Source: Octopus sinensis (taxonomy: Eukaryota). From it: 64,000 nucleotides of DNA. Where the stretch lies: positions 50,964,001-51,028,000 of the forward strand of contig NC_043009.1 of the NCBI RefSeq assembly GCF_006345805.1, read 5' to 3'. A program made the position numbers and the translations under genes. This document shows, in pieces, positions 53,760-64,000 of this stretch. Position 1 is the stretch's first letter. Every line of letters begins with the position of its first letter. The notes under the pieces are model-generated. The model searched no databases. It was not told the DNA's origin and saw only the letters and a list, made by a program, of their open reading frames with translations.

Positions 53760-54100
53760 ATGCCTCTCATAACATCATTTCTTGTTTTTACTTCTTACGT
53801 CTCCTTTGATTTAACACTTTCAGATATCTCCCAGCCATTTAGTTCCTGTGATACTAACAGGCAAGCAATCATCCACAGTAATAAACGTCTCAAAGTTTGG
53901 ATCCGGAGGAAAATCTTTTATCGCTGAAACCAAGGTTCATAAATGTTGAGTGTCGTTACCGTATTCGTTTTCTTTCCAACGTATTTCATCATCGCTCAAA
54001 ATTGTTTCTGAAGACGTGACAAAATCATTTTATTTTTCCAGTATTCTATATTTGTTTTGTATTTCATTTCCCACCACGCTGTTATCATGTCAATCGCTCA
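53760..54100 (-). pseudogene. Possible second mariner relic
   Basis: Minus strand reads ETFITVDDCLPVSITGTK, loosely like the IITGDETW...ETK motif. Weak. Confidence 0.25.
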
Positions 54101-55495
54101 TTTAATATCAGCTGCTGGAATTTTCTCATCACGGCTCATATTAAAAAGCAACTTTTTCAACAGCTTTTATTTTCTGTAATGGCTTTTCAAGGCGCTTGTT
54201 ATTTCGAGATTCAACAGTTGTAGAATTGCAGATCAATTTGGCGGAAGATACACAGCCTGAACATTATCTAAATAAGCCAGTTTGCTATATGCAGAGCATA
54301 TAGTAAGGGTTTTTTTTGTTTCATTTTCATTATTAACCAAGGGTCAAAATATCTCTCTCCTCACCCAACCAATTTTGTAGCCATAACAGTCAACATTTAT
54401 AAAGCATCTTGGATTTTATTTTTTTTGATTTGCCAATAACAATGAGATGTTACTTCTCCGTTCCCATCGTGTTGCAGCAAAAAAGGCCCTGCTAAGGAGA
54501 GTTTCAACTTAAATTGCAGGGACCCCCTTCGGCTTCTACAATGCGATAAGAAAACAGCTAATAATAATAATAATGAAGAAAATGTAAAAAAATAAACCAA
54601 CTCACAAACCACATTTGCATTAAATATATCTTTACTGTTGTGTCTTCATGTGCGGCCACGCTGGGGCACCACCTTGAAGAATTTATAGTTGACTGACTCA
54701 ACTCCATTACTTATTTCCTTTTAAGCTTGGCACTTATACCGAAATGCTAATGTTTATGTTACGTGGACGTAAACACATCACCACCGGTTGTCAAGCAGTA
54801 GGAGAACAAACATCGTCACAAAGACACACACACACACACACTATTATTACTATTATTCATAATGATAATTTTCTCCTTTATATATATATATAATATATAT
54901 AATATATATATATATATATATAATATCTATAAAAGGAGAAAATTATCATTATAAATAATAGTAATAATGTCAGTGGCCTGCATGCAATTAAAAGGTAAAC
55001 ATTAATATTGATTTATAATTATGTATAAACATATATAAGCACAATGAATGGTACTTGGAAAAAGTACCAGTTTATCCGTAAAATGTAGGCTAAATTTATT
55101 TTGCCTATTTCCTCGCATTCACCTGTGCAAAACAGTGAAATAGATGGTTTAGAGTCTTTTTGACTTCTATTTCTAGCATGTTGGTACTATTTCCAAATAA
55201 CCTTCATTATGATTGCATATTTCTAAATATAATTATTTATATTTGTATGTATATGCGCACACAAACACACACACAAACATATAAACATACACACACACGC
55301 ATACACATACACACATACACGTATATATATGAATATATATAGACATGCTCACACAAGCACGCACACACACATACATATTACATTCAAATGCTAAGTATAT
55401 TTCACAGTACAAGCGAAAGATTTCAATACAGTTTATAGGTTAATATATACAGCTTTGCTTGAGCATATGAGAGTGTGTGAGTGCGGATATACATA

Positions 55496-55544
<49 letters not shown>

Positions 55545-55679
55545 TAATATACATATATATACATGTATATATATATATGTATATATATATATTGTATATA
55601 TATATATATATTATATATATACATATATATACATGTATATATATATTGTATTATATATATATATACATATATAAATAGA

Positions 55680-55710
<31 letters not shown>

Positions 55711-55796
55711 GTATATATTATATATATATACATATATATACATGTATATATATATGTATCTATATATATATATATATACCTATCTATATATATATA

Positions 55797-55850
<54 letters not shown>

Positions 55851-55901
55851 TACATATATATATATATACATATATTATTATATATATATATATAGATAGA
55901 T

Positions 55902-55938
<37 letters not shown>

Positions 55939-56539
55939 GACAGAGAGAGACAGGGAGCGAGAGAGACAGACAGACAGATAGACAGAAAGAGGAAGGAAGA
56001 GGAAAAGAAATACATAAACTACACAGACACAAAATGAAGTGTATACATATACAGATATTCACGTTCGAACGCACACACTTCCAGCCAGACACATCAGAAA
56101 CACCAACCTGTGTCTCATACAATAGATATAAATCAAAAATATTTACCGCTACCATTATAACCACAACTGTTGTCACTGTAGCCATTGCGTCCTTATCGCC
56201 ACCTCGGTCGCCCTTCATTATCAAAAACATCAAGCATAGGATAACCTCGTATATTACAGACGGAAACTTGGACGTGTAGCCGGCAGCGCCCGCCATCATC
56301 ATCATCGTCCGGGGCCATCGTTATCACCGTCGTCTCCACCAACAACGACGGCATCAATTATTAATCACAAACAAAAGAACGTCAAGAATTGGCGCACCAA
56401 GCTGTACCCACCGACACCTCTGACACTGCTGTCTATAAAACTCTGCGCACCACCTTGACATACATACATACATACATACATACATACATACATACATACA
56501 TAAATACATGCACACATATATTTATATATGTAATTATGT

Positions 56540-56570
<31 letters not shown>

Positions 56571-56685
56571 GTACGTACGTATGCACTGTATGTTGTAGTG
56601 GTGTTGTGTTATATATATATATATATATATGTATGCATGTATGTATATATATATATATATATATGTATGTATATGCATGTATGTA

Positions 56686-56716
<31 letters not shown>

Positions 56717-57299
56717 ATATCGTGTGGTGTGTGGGGAATAGTAAAACTATATATTTATATATACACTTATCTTTTTGAGCACTGAAGCCTGTCGGAATAA
56801 TTCGTAATTTACGAGCCAGATATTAGTTTAAATTTGGGCCATAAAACTAAAACATATCTTATCGAGCCATCGCTATTTTCAATAACCTTTGATGAAACGA
56901 CCACCGACCTATGTCTTTCTTCCCCTCCTTTGTTCGCAAAATGGCTGACGTTTTCCGCCATTGTTCTACATCTATTTGACTGAGTAATGACGTGTATTAC
57001 CTGTAGGAGCAATAAACGTGTGAACACATCGGGAGCCCAAATAATAAATAAATAAACTGATATAATAATAAATAAAAATTGGGGGCGGGAAACCTCGTGT
57101 CTTTGATAATCGGACGGCGAAAGATAGTTGCGATAATTGTAAGGTTTGGTATTAAAAAATATTACTAGTTTTAAGATGGTGGTGGATGGTTGTTATATTA
57201 TGCTTTTGATTATTGATTTTATTTCTTCTTTTGTTGTCCTGGTTTTATTTCATTTAATATTAATATTTCGTGGCAGTTTCTTGTGTGTAGGAGGAAGGG

Positions 57300-58075
57300 T
57301 TATGGTCGTCATCACTGCTCTCTCCGCTTGACAACACTGTTGGTTAGTTTATATTTCCGTAATTTAGCGTTTTGGCATAGAGTGATTAAATCAGTACCAC
57401 GATTTAAGAAAATACGTAGTGGGTGAGACATCTGTAACATCGATGCCACAGCATGGCCGCAGTCGAAAGTCTGAAAGAAGAGTAAGAGTTACCACACAAG
57501 GCTCGGACTGGGTGATGTGTGTGCTTATGAGCGAAACATCTTAGCTCCACGCAGCTCCGACAGAAAGTAATGACGAACTTCTGATGACCCTTTCGCCACA
57601 ACTTTCTCTCACTCTTTCCTCCTGCTTCTTGCAGCATTCCTGCGACAGTCCCGGGTTCAGTCCCACTACGTGACACCTTGAGCAAGTGTCTTCTACTATA
57701 ACCTCGGGCCGACAAACACCTTGTGAGTAGATTTGGTAGATGGAAACTTAAAGAACCCTGTCGTTTATATATATATATATATATATAAATATATATATAT
57801 GTATGTATGTATGTATAAATATATATATATATGTGTGTACGCACGCGTGTGTGTGCATATGTTTGTATGTCTGTGTTTGTCCACCCACCATCGCTTGACA
57901 ACCGACGTTGGTATGTTTATGTCCCCGTTAACTAGCGGTTCGGCAAAAGAACCGATAGAATAAGTACTAGACTTACAAAGAATAAGTCCTGGGGTCGATG
58001 TGTTCGACTAAAGGCGGTGCCCAGCATGACCGCAGTCAGATGAGTGAAACAAGTAAAAGAATAAAATAATAAAAG
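57300..58075 (+). mobile_element. SINE cluster: family A tail, family E middle (about 57497-57645), then family A (about 57646-58075)
   Basis: Consecutive matches to the respective family sequences. Confidence 0.8.
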
Positions 58076-58084
58076 AATACTTAC

Positions 58085-58272
58085 ATAGCCATGTTGAACT
58101 GGTGAACACTACACCGTTTTATCTCCCCGTTTTCCCATTCTCTTCCCATTTTGTCCCCTTATTCCTTTATATCGAAGAGCGCAGGCTCGAAACGTAAAAG
58201 ACTTTTCCATTTTTCCCGAACGTTAAACGAATGCACTCGTCATCGTCTTTTCTTTTTCTATAAATTTTAACT
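58085..58272 (+). mobile_element. Third, decayed copy of the Penelope-like hammerhead element
   Basis: 58165-58200 reads CTTT-ATATCGA-A-GAGC-GCAG-GCTC-GAAA-C-GTA-AAAG; ends in (TG)n. Confidence 0.55.
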
Positions 58273-58275
58273 GTG

Positions 58276-58312
<37 letters not shown>

Positions 58313-58314
<2 letters not shown>

Positions 58315-58560
58315 AGGCACATGGCCTAGTGGTTAGAGCAGCGGGCTCGCGGTCGAGGGATAGAATCTCAGACTGGGTGATGTGTGTGTTTATGAGCGAA
58401 ACATCTAAGTTTCACGTGGCTCTGGCAGAGGTAATGGTGGACTTCTGATGACTCTTTCGTCACAACGTTCTCTCACGCTTTCCTCCTGCATCTTGCAGCA
58501 CACTTGCGACGGACCGGGAAACCAGCCCTTTGAGCCAGGCATGGCTCGAGAAGAAGAAAT
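58313..58560 (+). mobile_element. SINE family E with small deletions
   Basis: ggaggcacatggcctagtggttagagcagcg head and ...ggcatggctcgagaag tail. Confidence 0.85.
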
Positions 58561-58621
58561 ATATATATATATATTTCACGGCGGTGCTCCAGCATGGCCA
58601 CAGTTCTGAATTGAAATTACA

Positions 58622-58680
<59 letters not shown>

Positions 58681-59497
58681 TGTGTACGAGTTTCTATCTA
58701 TTTCAGTCTATCAATCCACTCACAAGTCTTTGATCAGCCTGAGGCTAGAGGTGCAACGCAGTGAAACTGAACATGGAACCATCTGGTTGGGAAGCAAACT
58801 TCTTAGCACTAAGCCTACGCACCTCCTCTATGCCCTTTCCCCCCCATTAAACACTTACCTACAGATATACTAATCTATCTAAATATATTGTGTATGTGTA
58901 TGTATTATAATATTATATATATATATAGATTATATATATATCTATATATATATAGTATCGATTATTGTATCATAAATATATATACATAAATATATATACA
59001 TAAATACATACACACATACACATTGCACACACACACACGCGCACATACTCACTCACATTCATAACATCTGATTGATGAGTTATATTGTAGGCAGCTCGGT
59101 ACCCGCCGGGTGGCAGTTTAACGAGAGTCGTCTACCCTGCTTGATACCTGCAACTCTTTATACATCAGGTACATTTTTTATCTGAGCAACAGGTGTGATT
59201 GTTTTGTGATGTTGCCAATATATATTACCCTACCTGTAAAATGAGACCCATTCTGGTGTTAATATTAAAACCTCCGCAGTAAGCAGTCGGGTTATTACAG
59301 TGTATCACATGGCTTATACCCGGGGTGTGAGCGTGTGATCAGGTATTAAAATGAACATGCGAAAACAAAGATTAATAATAAAAAAACCCCACAAAAGCGT
59401 GAGAAAAAAACACCATAACAAGGAAGAATTTAGTCAGTGGAATGGATTCGGCTGGATAGTCAAACAATCAACAACTGATTTCAAACGCCATCATCAT

Positions 59498-59548
<51 letters not shown>

Positions 59549-59639
59549 TCATATCATCATCATCATCAACAGCAGCAGCAACAATAGCATAATAATAATA
59601 ATAATGATAATAATGGTTTCAAATTTTGCCACAAGGGCA

Positions 59640-59820
59640 GCAGTTTGGGGGTAGGAGATGAGTCGATTGCACTCACCTCAATGTTTAATTGGTACTTTTT
59701 TTATCGATCCCGAAAGGATGAAATGTAAAGTCGCCCTCGGCGGAATTTGAACTCAGAACGTGCAGACGGACGAAATGCCGCTGAGCATTTGGTCCAGCGT
59801 CCTAGCGATTATGTCAGCTC
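59640..59820 (-). mobile_element. SINE family C, diverged (another fragment at about 59975-60055)
   Basis: cgaaaggatgaaa...ctcggcggaatttgaactcagaacg. Confidence 0.75.
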
Positions 59821-59885
59821 ACAACAACAACAACAACAACAACAATAACAATAATAATAACAATAACAACAACAACAACAACAAC

Positions 59886-59947
<62 letters not shown>

Positions 59948-60099
59948 TTAAAAGGCACAAGGCCTAGTATTTGACTGGGACCTAATTTATCGACCTTGAA
60001 AGGATGAAAGGCAAAGTCGACCTTGGCGAAATTTGAACTCTGCTAGCTCGCCGCTTTAATAATAATAATATAATAATAATAATAATAATAATAATACAT

Positions 60100-60380
60100 A
60101 TATACGTTGGTGCGGTACTAGGCTGTGACTCTCATGTCTTTTCATCTTAACTAATTAGAAGTATCATCTTGTATGTGTTTTATCTTGGTGTAAAATATGG
60201 ACGACTGCAAATATTCTGTTCAATACAACAGATTTGATTGCCATTTGTTTAATCTTAACCAATTGAGCATATCCCTTTGTGGCTGACGATATGTGCATCT
60301 CTAATCACGAGAAGTAGTGGGAGAGCATAATTGTTGAGTTTTGAGAGGGACTCTTTGAAGTTTCAATAATTCACACGTGG
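60100..60380 (+). mobile_element. Element X, older diverged 5' part
   Basis: Starts after (TAA)n; gtggctgacgatatgtgcatctctaatcacgag matches the reverse complement of the 48.9-kb copy. Confidence 0.7.
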
Positions 60381-60382
60381 AA

Positions 60383-60990
60383 GGCGGCGAGTTGGCAGAA
60401 ACGTTAGCACGCCGGGCGAAATTCTTAGCGGTATTTCGTCTGCCGTTACGTTCTGAGTTCAAATTCCGCCGAGGTTGACTTTGTTTTCATCCTTTCGGGT
60501 TCGATAAATTAAGTACCAGTTATGCACTGGGGTCGATATAATTGACTTAATCCGTTTGTCTGTCCTTGTTTATCCTCTCTACGTTTAGCCCCTTGTGGGT
60601 AGTAAAGAAATAGGTATTTCGTCTGTATTTACCCTCTGAGTTCATATTCCGCCGAGGCCGACTTTGCCTTTCATCCTTTCGGGGTCTATAAATTAAGTAC
60701 CAGTTAAGCACTGGGGTCGTTGTAATCGACTTAATCCCTTTATCTGTCCTTGTTTGTTCCTTCTGTGTTTAGTCCCTTGTGGGCAATAGAGAAACAAGAA
60801 ACGTTAGCACGCCGGGCGAAATGCTTAGCAGTATTTCTTCTGCCCTTGTGTTCTGAGTTGAAATTCAGCCGAGGTCGACTTTGCCTTTCATCCCTTCGCG
60901 GTCGATAAATTAAGTACTAGTTGCGTACTGGGCTCGATCTAATCGACTGGCTCCCTCCCCCAAAATTTCGTGTCTTGTGCCTAGAGGAAA
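60383..60990 (+). mobile_element. Three family C SINE units in head-to-tail tandem
   Basis: Units start at about 60383, 60611 and 60795, each with the gagttca...ccgagg...tttcatcc...aattaagtac body. Confidence 0.85.
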
Positions 60991-62181
60991 AAAGAATATT
61001 TCTATTGACTGAAGCGTAAATTTAGGGATTTCAGCTAGCCCTACGCACTATGACATTCTAGTATATATATACATGACTGTAATCATCATAACATAACTCC
61101 AAACTTGCAGTATACCGTCAAGGACCAGGAATTTTTCCTGCAATTTCAGGCCACACTGAATTAATTGAAATCTAATACGACTGCATTAAAGCAAAATGTA
61201 TTAACTATTCACAGAATATATTACATTTACTGCGGAAGTGTAATTATAAATATTAAGCTAATTAATATGTAAAATGATCTACAAACTATTTTGTAAATAT
61301 TTGAAGCATATTATAATAAATATAATACTCGGCAATCAAGGAAAATATATGTTTAATTCAAAATCCAGACATGTTTCAAATGTTACCCTTAGAGGAGTCG
61401 AAGATCATGTTTGGCCTTTAAGTGCAAAGGTTTCTATTAAACGACGTTTAGTACGTATTTGTAGGATATCCTGACAACATATTTGAAGTTTGTATGTATG
61501 TTAGTCTCTTACGGTGTTTGTGTAAGAGAAAGAAAAAGAAGACAGCGACTCGTCGGTAAGAAAGGAGAATAGCATAGATATAGGTAGTATCTATTTTGTA
61601 GTTAGCATTATATTATATACACATACATACATACATACATACATACCATACATACATCATACATACATACATACATACATATATCCATTCATACATTCGT
61701 TCATACATATTTAGTATAATTTGCGTAAAAACTTCGTAACGTGCATTTAAAATATCATATTCTTATTTAGCTACCATATTTTATCCTTCGTTAGAGTATA
61801 TTCCAGAGTCAGGTACATACGCAGAACTTCTCTTTGCATAAGATTAATACAAGAATATGATACGGGGACAGAGCTTATCAGGCTTTAATAATAGATCAAA
61901 GCATTTATTTCTGCACCGGTCACCAGCAATTTTTTTAATTAACTGCCTCTATCACTCAAAGAAGATTAGTTTTTCTTTTTTATTAATACCATGAATAACA
62001 TTGTTAGTGGTGGCATTATTGTAATATTACTTATGCGATTTTGTGTCCCCAGAATTTGATAATTTGATTGGAGGAAAGTAAAGTAAATACCGAGAGTATT
62101 CAGTAAAATCGAACAGCAAAGATGAAGCTACCCCACCACACACACACACACGACTATTGCTGAAAAGTATTCAACTAATTG

Positions 62182-62281
62182 NNNNNNNNNNNNNNNNNNN
62201 NNNNNNNNNNNNNNNNNNNNNNNNNNNNNNNNNNNNNNNNNNNNNNNNNNNNNNNNNNNNNNNNNNNNNNNNNNNNNNNNN
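62182..62281. other. Assembly gap (100 N)
   Basis: Run of N adjoining a long (TA)n tract. Confidence 1.
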
Positions 62282-62289
62282 TATATATA

Positions 62290-62341
<52 letters not shown>

Positions 62342-62366
62342 ATATATATATATATATCTATATATA

Positions 62367-62419
<53 letters not shown>

Positions 62420-62702
62420 ATATGATATATATATGTATATATATATGTAAGGTGGGATTATATAATTGTGAAGATTTGAATATTCATGTTTGTAATGCAC
62501 GTATGCTAATACGTAAGAAAGTATATACGCGCATGTAAATGTATTTGCGTATGCGTGTAAAGGTATATATGTGTGTATGCATATGTCCGGGCGTGTGAGT
62601 CAGCGTACGCGGTAGAACGATGAATACGTTTACGTCTGTATGGCAATTAGTTGTGGGTGTGTGTAAGTGTGTGCTAGTGTCTGTATGTTTGTGAAAAATG
62701 TT

Positions 62703-62786
<84 letters not shown>

Positions 62787-63497
62787 CACATACTATATAT
62801 GTAATATATATATATATATATATATTATATATTATATATTACACACATATATATATACATACACACACGCAACCACCACACCACCACATATACACACTCA
62901 TACAGACAGTCGAAAATATAGCTCCGCATGTTTGACCATATGGTATGCAGAAACATACACCACACGTACACACGAACATGCACACATACACGCGCACCTG
63001 CATTTACACACACAAACAAGCATTTGTATATATACATACATACTTACATGTATATATATTTATATATATATATATATGTACCTAAACATTGCATAAATAC
63101 ATGTATATACATGTACATATGAATATACATGTATGTGCGTGTTCTTGTTGTATGCGTGTATAAATGCTCAAACATAAACACATACACACACACACCACAC
63201 ACATGCGCTCGCGCAAGTGATCACACATACATACACAAGCACAGACACACATGCACACACGTAAACACACATTTGACTAGACTGAAAATGTTGGAAGACA
63301 AAGCTGTATGCACGACACCAAGTTACAGGCAATAGTTTAATTTTAAGTGCCCGCCACTTAATATTCGTTTTAAGGAAATTTTATATAAGTGTGTATAAAT
63401 ATATATATAATACACTTACACAATTACATATTCATAGACAGACATGTGTATAAATAGGCAAACTAACATATATATATATATATATTATATATATATA

Positions 63498-63537
<40 letters not shown>

Positions 63538-64000
63538 TAATGTATATATATATGTAATATATATATATCATATATGCATAGATATATTATACACATCTTT
63601 GCTGTTGCTCGTGTGTGTGTACCTGTCTGTCTCACACAATGCGTGTGCGTATATGTGAATTTGTATATGACTGAGAAACACCGTGTGTGCGTTTATGCGT
63701 GTGGTTGTGTGTGCGTGTGTACGTGAGTATATATGTGTATGTGTATGTGGGATTGTGTGTGTCAGCATATACATGTATGTAGTTATGCGTACGTATGTAT
63801 GTTTTTGTGTGTGTGTGTTTCTTGTTCCATTTCTAAAATGTCCATTAGCAGGAATCAAATTGAACCCGTTACTACCATGACCAACACTAACAAAAGCAAT
63901 TTACAAGTTAACACAGGAAACTAACTGGGATCAATTAATTTGTTCGAGGTTTTTCCTCTTTAAAGCCCACGCTACGCTGCGCCGACCCAGCCCCACCCAG

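Noticed and set aside
59487-59590. Poly-His/poly-Gln coding tract
   Set aside because: (CAT)n/(CAG)n microsatellite grading into (AAT)n, with no splice or coding context.
62182-62281. Structure across the N run
   Set aside because: Fixed 100-N gap; true distance and content are unknown.

Overview
Intergenic or intronic animal DNA, AT-rich and saturated with microsatellites [(TA)n, (CA)n, (TATG)n, (GATA)n, (TTA)n, (GGT)n]. The interspersed repeats look like those of octopod cephalopods (recognition-based inference, not a database result). I found no supportable host protein-coding gene; nearly all listed ORFs are translations of simple repeats. Recognisable content: about 30 copies or fragments of five tRNA-headed SINE families (labelled A-E here); four 5'-truncated RLE-type (R4/Dong-like) LINE pieces, mostly sitting in (TAA)n tracts; a decayed Tx1/L1-like LINE; a mariner transposase relic; pogo-like MITE ends; a recurrent ~550-bp non-coding element that also lives in (TAA)n; and one 100-N assembly gap. 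The most interesting signals are two. (1) Several short microsatellite-flanked elements carry hammerhead-ribozyme-like folds with non-canonical cores: one well-formed type I fold at 19657-19719 and a three-copy minimal family at 6099, 30659 and 58165. These suggest Penelope-derived or retrozyme-like elements. (2) A 12-copy array at 17.1-19.05 kb has a conserved 41-bp core, shaped TCAG / 27 nt / GTAAGA, separated by variable GGT-rich spacers. All coordinates were read by eye, so element boundaries are approximate.
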